From Narcine bancroftii (taxonomy: Eukaryota): a DNA stretch of 64,000 nt. Made by a program: the position numbers and the translations under genes. Positions 10,182 to 22,351 of the stretch are shown in pieces. Positions within the stretch are counted from its first letter, which is position 1, and every line of letters starts with the position of its first letter. Below the pieces are notes generated by a model that made no database searches, was not told the DNA's origin, and saw only the letters and a program-made list of their open reading frames with translations. The stretch is taken from the NCBI RefSeq assembly GCF_036971445.1, contig NC_091474.1, forward strand, positions 7,812,001-7,876,000. Direction: 5' to 3'.

Positions 10182-11612
10182 ATGTCCGCTGCACAGTGTC
10201 GGCTCCCCTTCCTAGTGCTATTCCTGGAAGGGGCTCTACTTGTACTGATTGCACTCTTTGTGACCTACGATGACCACTCCGCTGCTGCTGCCCAGAGTAA
10301 CGGGACGGACCATAGCCGTAACCAACTGTATGCCATCTTCCCTGTTTTCCAAGATGTCCAGGTGATGATTTTTGTGGGCTTCGGGCTGCTCATGGGCTTC
10401 CTCAAGAAGTACGGCTACGGAGGAATCGCCTTCAATTTTATGATAGCGGTGTTCTCCGTCCAATGGGCAATGCTGGTGCAAGGATGGTTCTATCACTTCC
10501 ACCACGGCCAAATTCACATTGGGGTATATAACCTCCTGACGGCTGAGACCGTCTGCGCCACCGTCATGATCTCATTCGGAGCCGTGCTCGGCAAAACCAG
10601 CCCGGTGCAGATCCTCGTTCTAGCGCTGCTGGAAGTCCCAATATTCACTGCAACCGAGTGGGTGATCACGGAGTTGCTGAAGATCAAAGACGTCGGAGGG
10701 TCGATTATCATCCACTTGTTCGCGTGTTATTTTGGTCTCAGCGTCACCGCGGTGCTGTACAGACCCGGGTTAAAAGGTGGGCACAAGGACGAGGACGCCG
10801 ACTATAACTCGAACAAGTTGGCGATGCTGGGGACCCTGCTGCTCTGGGTCTTCTGGCCAAGTTTTAATTCCGTCTTTGCATCGACTGGAGACGGTCAGCA
10901 CCGGGCTGTGCTCCACACTTACATTGGACTCACCTCCTGTACCCTGACCACCTTCGCGATCTCCAGCCTGTTGGACAAGCGAGGCAAAATCAACGTGGCT
11001 CACATCCAGAACGCCGCTCTGGCAGGAGGCGTGGCGGTGGGCTCGGCGGCAGATCTGATGGTCACTCCAGCCGGGGCGTTCACCTTGGGGTGTATCGCTT
11101 CCGTCCTCTGCACCTTGGGATTTAAATACTTGACCCCCTTCCTGGCGACAACCCTCAAAATTCAAGACGTGTGCGGCATCCACAACTTGCACGGCATCCC
11201 TGGCTGGATCGGGGCGATTGCCGGCATCGCCACGATCTTGCTCACGGACGATGAGAGGTATGGCCACGGCTTGTATGACACCTTCCCCGAAAGAGTTCCC
11301 CAAGAAGGAGACGAGAGCCTGGCCGAAGTGGTCCGGGTGTTCCCGCATCTGAAGGCTGGAGGCGGCCGGACCGCTTGGGATCAAGCCAAGTATCAGGCGG
11401 CGGCTGTCGGGGTCTGCTTAGGCACCGCTGTCCTGGGAGGGACCGTCACTGGCTTCACATTAAAATTACCCTGTCTGTCTCCACCTCAAGACGAGGATTG
11501 CTTCAATGACGACCCATACTTTCAAGTGCCCGAAGTGGAAGAGAAAGAAGAATTTGAATTGACAAATAAAAAAATCGCAAACGACAATGAACGCCTCAAA
11601 CTCCCAGTTTGA
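10182..11612 (+). CDS. rhp2: Intronless Rh-family (Amt/Mep/Rh) ammonium/gas transporter, most likely Rhp2, 476 aa
   Basis: Rh signatures FQDVQVMIFVGFGLLMGFL, ISFGAVLGK, DVGGSIIIHLF (first pore His), LWVFWPSFNS, NAALAGGVAVG and DVCGIHNLHGIPG (second His). N-glycosylation site NGT in loop 1. A single-exon CDS fits Rhp2 rather than multi-exon Rhag/Rhbg/Rhcg. Start placed at MSAAQCRLP, downstream of the TATA box. Confidence 0.9.
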   Translation: MSAAQCRLPFLVLFLEGALLVLIALFVTYDDHSAAAAQSNGTDHSRNQLYAIFPVFQDVQVMIFVGFGLLMGFLKKYGYGGIAFNFMIAVFSVQWAMLVQGWFYHFHHGQIHIGVYNLLTAETVCATVMISFGAVLGKTSPVQILVLALLEVPIFTATEWVITELLKIKDVGGSIIIHLFACYFGLSVTAVLYRPGLKGGHKDEDADYNSNKLAMLGTLLLWVFWPSFNSVFASTGDGQHRAVLHTYIGLTSCTLTTFAISSLLDKRGKINVAHIQNAALAGGVAVGSAADLMVTPAGAFTLGCIASVLCTLGFKYLTPFLATTLKIQDVCGIHNLHGIPGWIGAIAGIATILLTDDERYGHGLYDTFPERVPQEGDESLAEVVRVFPHLKAGGGRTAWDQAKYQAAAVGVCLGTAVLGGTVTGFTLKLPCLSPPQDEDCFNDDPYFQVPEVEEKEEFELTNKKIANDNERLKLPV

Positions 11613-11783
11613 TTTTAATGGACGAGCATCGGGGCTCGCAGCCATTCAGCTAGGACTAGTGTAAGAGTGAGTTTCCATTTTTCCTTTTTATACTCTTTAA
11701 CTTCACACTATAGCCTTTTAAGAGACTTTTTCGACCAGATAGAGGTAAAATGAATAAGGCAATTAATAACTTTAAGGACTTCA

Positions 11784-11789
11784 AATAAA
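11784..11789 (+). terminator. Polyadenylation signal of the Rh gene
   Basis: AATAAA about 170 nt after the stop codon. Confidence 0.5.
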
Positions 11790-12199
11790 GTTTTTCCAAA
11801 CACAATGCTTCAGAGTGTTCAGTAATTTCCTGTGGTCTATTTCCAGCAACATCTTTTCTGATTATGCTTCAGTGTACTTATGGAAAAGAGATCTATTTTG
11901 ACCACCTTCTCTTTGACCTTTGCCCCAAACCCTAACCCTAAAAGTAGAGCACATTTGGCCCCGACAGTACCGTACCTTTCAGAACATTTCACAAACAACA
12001 CATAGATAACACTGGACAATGAATTTTTTTGCTTCTTGAACACTTTTTGCCATATTTTATGGATTTTGAGCTGCTGATCATGAAAACACCTTAAAATGTT
12101 CCCATCACATTCCTTTCATATTTTATATCTAAAAAAGGTATCACCAAATATAGGTGTCTACTTCAAACAAACCTACCAAGTGATGCAACATTCCTGCAT

Positions 12200-13110
12200 T
12201 TGCATTTGGACTTCTTTCTTGCTGATCTTTTCGGCATGGCTGCCAACATCACCTCAGCCTGGGGGGTCGCAGTTCATGTCCAACCTATGGTTGCCGCTGG
12301 CACAGCTACTTGAGACCCAGCTGTACCACAAGTCCAACAGCCTGGTAGAGTGTTCCCACCGAAACCTGAAGATGGCCCTGATGGTGCACCTCCAATACCC
12401 GAATTGGGTGGATAAGCTCCCATGGGTGCTTCTTGGCATCTGCACGGCTCCCAAAGAAGGCTTAGCCATGTCTTCAGTTGATGGTGCCCCACTAATGGTT
12501 CCAGGCAAGTTTGTGCCAGTGGCCCATGGCACAGAGTAAACACCTGTGGTAATGCTCACAAGACTCCAAGAGAAGGTAGGAACACTAGCTCCTGTTCCAA
12601 CCTCGTGCCATGGCCCAACACCTTCCTTTGTCCCTAAGGACCTCTGGGACTGAGACTACGTCTTGGTCCACAAGGGCATGCACTGGACTCCACTCTAGTG
12701 GCTGTACAAGGGCCCGTACAAGGTGGTGTGTCAGAATGGAATCACATGCATCCTCGAAGAGGGCAGCCATGAGGAGACCTTCACCATTTACCGCCTCAAG
12801 CCGGTGCACCTAGACCGGCTTACACCCTTTGACTGTGCCACCCTCAAGCCAATGAGGTTGGCCACCCAGACTAAAGAGGCGTAGGCCATGGACTCCACAT
12901 CTCCTATCACTGGTTTTGGTTGGGGGGGGGATTGTCAGGTGGCGGCCCACTGGCTCATGGAGTCGTGGGCAAGTCTGCGGCAAATCTGACTGTGAGAGCT
13001 CTGGGTACGGGGAAAGCCCACAGCCTGGTGGCTGATGTTATAAAGGTCTTGGGAGTTGCAAGCCCACAGCCCGGTGGCTGATGTTATAAAGGTCCTGGGA
13101 GTTGCAAGTG
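12200..13110 (+). mobile_element. Gypsy LTR retrotransposon remnant (integrase core, GPY/F, PPT, start of 3' LTR)
   Basis: Encodes GSQFMSNLW...SNSLVECSHRNLKMAL...WVDKLPWVLLGICTAPKE and then YKGPYKVV. A G-rich PPT (~12921) is followed by GTGGCGGCCC, like the LTR start at 31891. A ~46-bp duplication lies at 13015-13108. Confidence 0.8.
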
Positions 13111-13499
13111 TTCTTCTCTCAGATACTTGCTCTCCAATTCAAATCAGAAGGCAACTTTAATATGTTTTGAGATCAAATATTCATGAGAAAAATAATTCTA
13201 CAATGGGAAAATATTTTTCCTTTTTTATTTTCATAATGGATTGTAACATTAATCATTATGAAATCATTTATTTGCTGATGTTGATCTGTTGAGATGGGAG
13301 CCCAATGTTAACACTCACTTTTCACTGGCTTTCTATAAAAGGGTGAAAAGGGAAGATTAAACATGTATACTACATTATGTCGTAATTGCTTGATAATCTG
13401 AGCATTGGCCAAAGTATCCATTTTGAATACCCGAGCTTACTAAAATATCTTAGTTGCTCATTGACGTTGAATGATATATCCTTATTTTTTTGTTCACTC

Positions 13500-13682
13500 C
13501 ATTGATTTTTTTTTAAATTCTCTCTTTATTGCAGTTTACTGTTCTTAATTTGTTCATACACATATATACACTACAGTTTTTCTTTTGCACTACCAATAAG
13601 TGGTTTCTGCCTCGTCCACAGAAAACGAATCTCAGGTTTGTATGTGATGCCATTAATGTACTATGACAATAAATCTGAATCT
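13500..13682 (+). mobile_element. Rex-type LINE 3' tail
   Basis: GAATCTCAGGTTTGTATGTGATG...GACAATAAATCTGAATCT terminus. Confidence 0.45.
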
Positions 13683-14212
13683 CCTTACTTTAAACAAGAT
13701 CCGAGATTCTTCAAGATGGTGTTATCAAAGAACTTCAGAAAAAAAAACAAATTTGAATCCACTTACTGAGAGTTGGAAAGTTTTCAAAATCTAAACTTTG
13801 ATACAATAGAATGTCTTAATCAGATGTAAATGCTAAACATAAAATCTTAGTGATGCTATTTGGTGTGGTAAATTGATTGCAACACCTGTAATTGGTCCAA
13901 GTCCCAGAATAAATTATTGGTGTCTATCATGGGAGTACGATAACTCCTTGCTCAACTGATACACAAGGAGTACTCCAAAGTTCAAGGTACTTGATTTTTA
14001 ATATTCTATGATTGTCATAATCAGTGCCTATGGTCCATTGCATAATTGCCTTATGTGAATCTTTTTAAATTCCACTCTGATGAAAGAGACAAACATATGA
14101 AAGAGACAAAGACGTGTATTGATTGTCCACAATATCCAACTGCATTATAATTTGTACGAGTTTAAGGCTGCTTGACATCGGATTTCAACAGATTGTTTGC
14201 TCCTACTGTTGC

Positions 14213-14490
14213 TTCACAGATCCAATGACCCAGGGTCAGTCCTGACCTCAAGTGCTGACCTTGTGGAGGTTATCTGCTTTTCCTGTGTATTTCCACTGTA
14301 TTTTTGAGTTTTCTCCCACTTGTGAAGGATATGTGGTTTGGTAGTTAATTGACTACTGTAAAAAAACAACTGCCAGTGATGGAAATGGGTGGGAGAATTG
14401 AAGGGAATGTGGGGAGAATAGATAATATAGAAAATGAATATTATAGCAATCGGAGCAGGCCGAGACTTCATGGGCTGAACGGTCTCTTTT
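14213..14490 (+). mobile_element. Degraded V-SINE/HE1-like SINE
   Basis: GACCCAGGGTCAGTCCTGACCTC head, degenerate V core, and ATGGGCTGAA CR1-like tail. Confidence 0.55.
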
Positions 14491-14939
14491 AATGTTGTAA
14501 GGAAATACGGAAACATTTTTTTTCTCAGTGGTTATGAAGCCAGAGCTCAGCAAACCTGCTTATCTACCATTTCACTCTGTGCAAGTGACTATATACAATA
14601 ATTTGTCTTTTATTGATTGCATCTTTAGAAAAACCCTGAGAGTAGTTTAATTAGAAGCGACAATGTTACATCAAATTAGAAGTCTTAGCAGAGCAGAAAA
14701 TGGTGTAAATCCTCTGTAAACAAACAGCTGGTTTCCTGAAACACCATGTTGAAGAATCAAGCTGTTCTAGTCTGGTGTTGTGCTTGATGGAATATTATAT
14801 TAAAAAAATGATTTTGCCAAATCTGAAACCAGGGCCTTAACTTTAATGAAGCAATCTATAAAAGTATGTGTTGTGATTTGGCTATGGCAGATTGAACAAT
14901 GATACCAAAGAGGTTGATGGTAAACAAGCAATGGTTAAG

Positions 14940-16250
14940 GTTTTTTTAAAATTTGAAAGTTTAGGCCAAAATATTATCAACAGGTAAAGTAGCTGTGGCT
15001 ATCAGGAGAATTCAACAAGATCAAAGGAAAAGGCATGTAATATTGCCAAAAAAAACACCCTAGTAATGCTGTAAATTTGGAAAATTTCTGAATTCAGCAC
15101 AAGTCTGTGACATTAAAATGAAAAAAGGTACATTAGAAGTGTACGGTAATGGGAAACAAAAAAAAAATTGTAGGAATTTCTATATTTCTGTGTGGGTCTT
15201 AGAGACTAAAACAGGAGAAATTATATTTTGGGGAAATAAGGCAGAGAACAAATATTTTGTTCTGGAAATGGTGGAAGCCTGGTGTAAATGAGATGATTCA
15301 AAATTAATGATCATTGGTATAAAATTAATATCAGAGAACTTATAACAGCTGAAAAGTGTCCCAAAACGTAATGACCTGCTTCCTAGGATTTCGATTGAGA
15401 TGACCATGGAATTAAATGGATGCAGTAATAGATTCAAGAGTGGTTCCCTCAACGTAGAAGGTAGTAATTAAAATCCCGCAATTAAGAGAGAGAAAAAAAG
15501 TAACATTAGACAAGGGAGCCTCGCATTATTTGTAGGGAAAATCATGGAAGCTATTTTTAAGGAAGTTGCAACTGATCACTGAGAATAGAATTATCTAGTG
15601 TCATGGATTTTTGAAAATGAAATCATATTTGACATATTTGTAAGACTTTTTTCTGGTTATTAGTTGGGATAGACCAAGTGAATATCAATTGATGTGGTAT
15701 TTGGATTTCCAAAAGCCTTCGGTAGGATACCACATAAGAGTTTATTAAACAAAGCTAGAGAATACTAATAAGAGCAGGTCACATCCCAGATTGATGGTTG
15801 ATTAAAGGACAGAAGATAGGAATAAACTGGTATTTCTGACTTAGGAGAATACAACTTGTGGTGCATTGAATGGCTGTAAGGATAAATTAATGAAAAAAGC
15901 ATGACAGATGTAATGTGGAAAGATGTGAAATTATGCATGTCATTAGTCAAAAATAGAAATATGGAATGCAATTTTTTTTAATGGGGAAAAATGGGAAGAT
16001 ATTGGTGTTCAGATGAACCTGGTGTCCTTGCATGTGAATTCCTGGAAATTAAGCAATCTGTTAGGAAAGCAAATTATATTTTGCCCTTTCTTGAAAGAGA
16101 AAATACATCTTCTTCAATCATGTAGACCTCTGGTGTGACCACATCTGGAAGTGGTCTATCTTACATACGGAAGCTGATACTTGCATAGGGGAATGGACTG
16201 AAGGTGTACCAGATTCATCACTGGGTTGGTGAGTTAATGGTGTAAAATAC
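14940..16250 (+). mobile_element. Highly degraded CR1 LINE
   Basis: GATGTGGTATTTGGATTTCCAAAAGCCTTCGGTAGGATACCACATAAG is a remnant of DVVYLDFQKAFDKVPH. GTGACCACATCTGGAA is a remnant of VRPHLE. Confidence 0.7.
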
Positions 16251-18329
16251 TTAGTAAGTCATCTTGATAAACTGGTTAGAGTAAGAATCTTCTATTAGAA
16301 ACATATTCCAGGGCATTCAATAAAGCAATGCATTATTAAGATTGAAAAAAAACTATTTTTTTCTGGCTATGCCATATAAAGGAGAAAACTATGACAAAAT
16401 ACTAAACCGGTTTCATTGTCAAAGCAAATCAGTTAGATATGTGTTTCACCTGGTAATAAACCCAATATTTCCCAGAGTGTGATCAGCAGGTTACACCAAA
16501 ACAAGGAGTCATCCATTGGTCATTTAGAGCAAAAATTCCCTTGAATCTTAGCATCTTAGGTCAAGGTATGAAAGAAACAATGTACTCAGCATAAATTTGT
16601 GGAAGCAATCTGGAACAGAGGTAGTTGCATAATGTACTCCAAAATCTTTTCTTTTTCATGAAAAGAAAGGAGTTTCTTCCTTTCGACCACCCTGTGTGAT
16701 AGTTAGTCATGCAAGTTAAGAAGAAATATAATCGTAATAACTAATGCTCATTTTACACCCAAAGACAAGACTGTTCTTGAGGAATCACATTTAATTTTCA
16801 GCTCAAATATAATTAGAATCCAAGGAAAATCCGAACCCAGCAGGGAGGAGGGAGAAGGCAGATGGTAAAGAAAGAGGAAAATGAGTTCTTAAGGAAGAGA
16901 AAGGGTTTTGAGGGAGGGATAAAATGTGAGGGAGAGGTGAAGAGGGAGAAAAAGGAGAGGAGAAATGGACAGGGAGAAGAGAGAAATAGAATAATTCTGG
17001 ATTTATCTTTTATGTTGTTTCACTCCCCATTTAATCAGTTGCAAATTGTTCTGGAATTCTTCTTGCTTTGGTTTTTGGGGTTTGTAAACTTCATTAGAAA
17101 CGGCCCCTAATTTTTTTGTTTTCTGTTTTTGCTATTTTCTAACAATTGAACATTTATCTAAGCATTCTTCAATCATCTAATCATTTTGATAAACAAAATT
17201 ACTCAGAGAAAATGGAATTGTTTACTCTTATCTATTTAGGAAAAAAACTGTTTAGAATAGTTAAGATGTCTCCATTCCAAAATAGAAGTTAAATTTCATT
17301 GGAATAGTTAAAATGTCTCTGTTCCAAAATGCCCTGGTGTATTGCATATCTGGCAGACCCTTAAGGTTTAGAATGACCTTTAGAACCCATATAATCTGTA
17401 CTTGTCAACTATACTTGTAAATAACTTTGACTTTGATGTTTTCTGGCCCATGGTTTCACCGTTGAGACTGGATTTAGGGTCAAAAACTTCGAGGCCTATG
17501 GTTCCCTGAACGCAACTCACTTTAACTCCATTGTGTGCGAGTGCTGGTTCATTTTACACAGGTCATATTGGCAGCCAGCTGATTAAATGACCTCACTGCC
17601 AGATGGGGACAGAGTCACAGCCATAGTTAAGAGGAGGAATTAATAGAACCGTGAAGAATTGACAGAAGAGGTGTGGATCAGTGCTGAGTGTGGGTCAATG
17701 CCTGGTGAGGGTTGGAGGCCATGGAGATTTGAAGGTATTATCACAGAGTGGGAGAGATGAGTGGAGATTAGATCATGGATTGGAGGCTTGCTTTATCTGA
17801 GCTTCATTGAAGTTCCATTATGAACATAGTCTCCCTTGTTTCATTTCATCCACTGGCTACATAGGCTTAAAAAAAAACTGACCTAGAGAAGAGTAAAATA
17901 GAATCAAATTAAAATGAGAGTGTGAAGTCCTTAAAGGTATTCAGGATCTACCTTACCTCCAGAGAATGGATCAGACACCACTCCTGCCCTGCCTCAGTCA
18001 TGCCTGAAAATAGGCAAACTCAATACAAGTCAAGGATGTGCTTGAAATTTGCAATATTTTTACTTTGCACCTGATCTCAGCTGACTCACTTTACTCACGG
18101 TTTACACAACACCTTATTATAAGCTCACAATGACGGTTATAAATTAATGTTTGAGGGAAGAAATATCAGAAGCAATTATTTTGTGTCAAGCTGCTGTTTC
18201 CAGGTGTCAGTAGAATGTCAACAAAATCGACAGCGGGTGAAATCTCACCCATTTTGCCCTTTACATCCATCCATGCTGGTTCCCAGCAGAACAAATCTCA
18301 TCAGTTACATACATACAGCTGCTCTTCAT

Positions 18330-18490
18330 CGACGACCTTCAAAACCATTATTCTCTCAGTGCTGGTCGAGAAGCTACAAACTCTAGGCCTCTGTATCCCC
18401 CTCTACAACTGGATCCTGACTTTCTCATTGGAAGACTACAGTCAGTACAGATTGGAAACAAAGTCTCCTTCTCACTGATTATCAGCGCAG
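18330..18490 (+). mobile_element. Rex1/Babar RT fragment
   Basis: Encodes SSTTFKTII...LVEKLQTLGLCIPLYNWILTF. Confidence 0.6.
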
Positions 18491-19920
18491 GCCATCCATC
18501 CCCAGACTCCCTCACCAAGCGCAGTATCGTTTCCTGTCAGGCCTATGGTCATAGCAAGTCTCAATCACTTAAACCCACTCTTGGTCCTGAGACACAGGGG
18601 CAATGTGTACAATAAGGGGCAATGCCCATGCAGTTGTGTTGGAAGTGACAGAAGTTTGTTAATTAGACCCCTCTGCAATGCCCAGGTTACATTACTGAGA
18701 TTCACAGGATTGGACCTCCTGAATACGGAGGAAAATAGAGCTATTTCAACAAGGGACCCCAAGTCCAAACACTTGACACGTCCAAGCCAGTGTTTGTGTT
18801 TTGTTTCATGATAAAAATCAAAGTCAATCTCTTTGACCCAAATGCTAATAAGGCAATGGACAGAATTTATAAGCGATTTCTACTAACTAAGAATGCCCCA
18901 AAATATTCGGGGTCAGTGATATAAATCCAGGAACAAAAACAGTCAATTTTCACAAAATGAGCTCCTAAAATGACATTGAGATAATGCTTAAATAATGTTA
19001 GATGTTCACCATCAGTGCCTTGATCTGCTTCCAGGGGCCAAGCCAGCGACCTTCTCGCAGATAGGTCTGATTTACTCAGATTTTACTCCCACTCCCATTG
19101 CCCTGCTGTTAAAGTTATTCTCATGCGAGAGTAGGTTTCTTCGCCCCTGGACCATTTGCATCATTGATGCTCTCCAACTATTTGATTGCAATTCTGATCT
19201 CAAGCGCCACATCCCCAAATAATCTTTCCTTTGAAGCTCCTTTTTCCTGATGCAAGAAGTATCTGCTTTCCTGAATCCAGGTTCCATTCTCTCTGTCCCA
19301 CTCTTCCTTGTTTCACAGGATGGCTTGAACATCAATTACAAGAAAAGATTGCTGCAAGGGGCTACAAACCCCTCCACCCTTGCAATGTTCTCCTCCTTTG
19401 GGTGCAAAAGAATTTCAACCATTAGTGATATTGACTCAGGGATAAATATTAGTCAGATCACCCAAGGATCATTCTACTGCTTTATGTGATAGTGCCAAAG
19501 AGTCTTCAATAAAGAAATTAAAACTTTGGTTAATATTTGCTGAAAATTTAATACACAAGCTAGGATATACATATCCAGTGAAATTGAAGAGGATGCAAAC
19601 AAGAATTTATCGAATGAATGGAGCAAAAGTTGTTTGATCAGGGATACTAAATGACTGTAGTCACATTGGCCACATAGTAAACACTCAATCCAATTAACAG
19701 CTGGCCAATTTGATGCTGTCATTTGGCCTTCTCACCAAAGGCAGATTTTTATCTCAACTTGTGCAACAGACAACCAATAAACAAAAATGAAACTAGCCCA
19801 TTTTTAAAGTAGATTAGAAGGTGGGTGTAATACACATTATGGAAACACAGCAAAGGTAGCAGGGAGAAATGTTAAAAGTATCGTTTATTTGTTGGTGTGA
19901 TTCAAAGAATTAACAAAGAA

Positions 19921-20581
19921 CAAATTAAACTCCTGGTATCTGGAAATCAAGCAACCACCAGCCTCAAGCAAGTGGGGAAAAAAACTGAGGAAAATAAATT
20001 TTAATATAAACAAATAGGCAAAAAATGTTTAAAATTGTAAATGTTCTCTGAAGTAACTCGAAAACCTTTAGTGAAGTTGGGAGCAAGTACTCAGCTGTGG
20101 AGCACATTGGTGGTGCATTGCTTAGTAGTTGTTTTAATAAAGTTGTGTGACTCAGGTCGAAGAGCTAGTTAATGCTGCTCACCTTTGGGTGACTCCCTTA
20201 AAGTGTCTCCTTATTCCTGCTTAGTAAGAATTGCCCTGGTCAGATGCTTTATCTGTAACCTTTGTTTGAAGGGTGGGGGGAAGGGTTAATTATCTACATT
20301 ATTATTGTTCGTCTTTTAGGCAGCGTGGAGGGGAGGAACCTGCAAATATTGCAACAGTTAAATGTTTTCAAAGAATGTGACTGAAAATAAAGTAAAATGC
20401 TTTACAGTTGATATATTCATCCAAGTGAAGTTTATTCAGTATAAGTATTTTTGACTTTTAAACTGTTTAATGTTAATGCAGATGTATCTGTTAGTCATTG
20501 GAAGTCTCAAACAACTGGAAAATGCACTTATCCGTCATCTACCAGTCCACAGAGGTGCCAGATACCAGGGGTTTTGCTGTA
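19921..20581. mobile_element. Non-autonomous Tc1/mariner (Tigger-like) DNA transposon
   Basis: Terminal inverted repeats AAACTCCTGGTATCTGG (19927-19943) and CCAGATACCAGGGGTTTTGCTGTA (20558-20581). Confidence 0.6.
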
Positions 20582-20935
20582 ATTTAAAAGTCTTCCTGAT
20601 ATCTTCACACAAACACAAGCAATTGGAGTTAAGGAATCTGCTCATCTTAGTAACTTTACAACATGCAGAAAAAATACTGAAATCACTGGCATCTGAAGCA
20701 AAATCCTTACTTTTTAAAATCACTGATTATTTATGGTATCTACCATATAAATACAACAGATTACCAAATAACAAGATCAAATCAAATGTACTAGATAATT
20801 GAGTAACACATTGGTAATAACACAGGGCTTAAGTTCTTCTAAACAAGGCGTTTATGAGCAGAGCTTTTGTATACACAAATAATTAAGTTGAAAGAGTTGC
20901 TAAATTCACTAACTCAAGTTTCTATATTAACTCTA

Positions 20936-21282
20936 TGTGGTGATATGATCACCATCTGACTGCAGGGGGCCATCTCTGACCTGCAGGAAGACAACCCAAG
21001 GGGCTGACTCCACCCAAGGGGCTGACTCCACCCAAGGGGCTGACTCCACCCAAGGGGCTGACTCCACCCAAGGGGCTGACTCCACCCAAGGGGCTGACTC
21101 CACCCAAGGGGCTGACTCCACCTGGTCAGCTGTCAATCAGCCGACCTGAATATAGACCTGAGCCAGTCCCTCCTGAGCCAGTCACACGGGGAGCCACCAA
21201 GGCATGAACTGGTGTTCATACTTTTACTGGAATAAAGCCTGTGGTACAGTCTTTACTGAGTATCTCAGCGCAGCGCACCGCA
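20936..21282 (+). mobile_element. Solo LTR with perfect 5-bp TSD
   Basis: TGTGGTG...CACCGCA termini, CTCTA on both sides (20931-20935 and 21283-21287), internal TATA-like TATAGA and AATAAA. Confidence 0.85.
20994..21122. repeat. 18-bp tandem repeat, about 7 copies, inside the LTR
   Basis: Perfect (ACCCAAGGGGCTGACTCC)n. Confidence 0.95.
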
Positions 21283-21679
21283 CTCTACCAGCAACTTGGA
21301 GCGAAATTCCCTGCTTTTCAGAATTGACTTTTTCCAGTGTTACACACTGACAAAATTAGTTCATTTTTAATATATATGCATTTCCATTGAGGTAAACTGA
21401 CAAATTTTTATTAACATAGTTGAAAATGGGTTTTCCTTCTAATAATAACATGTTAATGATTTATTGTTAACTTGATATCAAAAATAAAATTAAAAATGAT
21501 ACGAAGAACTAGATTAAACTATTTCCTAGTTTAATTGGTATACAATAATCAAATTGAGTGAATATATTTTTAATCTTCAAAATTATTTAAATTTTGTTTA
21601 CATGCCCAAAAGATCTTTAATTTTAAGAGCCTTCTTAAAGGCTTACAGCTAAAACCAATTAGCAGAAACTTGTCAATGT

Positions 21680-21930
21680 GTTGGTGTGTGCACGAGCACT
21701 GCGGGAAGAACACAGACAACAGGTGGTGAGCTCGTTAAGCACAACTTTGAAGTTCGCGCTGCAGCCTTTAAGGCCCTCCAGAGCCCGCCCCTGACGTACC
21801 GGAACTCTTGTCACGCTGATGCAAGCGCGTACTTCCGGTCTGTTCCTGAAGGACTCATGACACCATTTTGCCGTGGCTGACCTGCTGACCGCGCGTAACA
21901 AGCGGAGCCGGTTCGCTGCTGCAAATATGT
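21680..21930. promoter_or_regulatory. Small CpG-rich orphan promoter-like cluster
   Basis: CCCGCCCC (Sp), TGACGTA (CRE), CCGGAA and ACTTCCGG (ETS) all lie within 21784-21840. Confidence 0.55.
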
Positions 21931-22351
21931 GCACTGCCACCCCATGACAATGAATACAATCTGATCAGATCAGTGGGTGGGCCAAGCAAATGTTTACAAA
22001 AAAAAATCACAGAAACTTGATTTTCTTTGCATGTTGAATTTTTTTTCTTTCTTGTTACAGATTTGACAGAATTGCCAAGATCAGTACAACCTAGTGGAAA
22101 ATCCAGACTAGGCAGCAGGATATCTGGTACAAACACCAAAATGCTGCAGGAACTCAGCAATCACACAGGCTTCAATAGGAGGTAAAGATAATATAACCAA
22201 TGATTCAGGGCTGAGCCCCCGTTCAAGAAATTAGCAGGCAGGCTCATCATACCTTGAAGGGCACAGGCCGAAATGCTGGTTAAAGATCTTTACCTCCACT
22301 GTGTGAGTTGCTGAGTTCCTTCACTATTTTTGTGATTTTACAATCACAGTA

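Noticed and set aside
10236-11384. Antisense ORFs within the Rh gene
   Set aside because: Shadow frames of a GC-rich CDS.
17957-18003. Similarity of MTEAGQEWCL to the UCHL5 N-terminus
   Set aside because: It lacks the following ESDPG motif and no other UCH exons were found.
18995-19490. Cluster of short overlapping ORFs
   Set aside because: No coherent splice structure or recognisable protein; probably decayed LINE sequence.
20933-21136. (VESAPW)n ORF
   Set aside because: Translation of the 18-bp repeat in an LTR.
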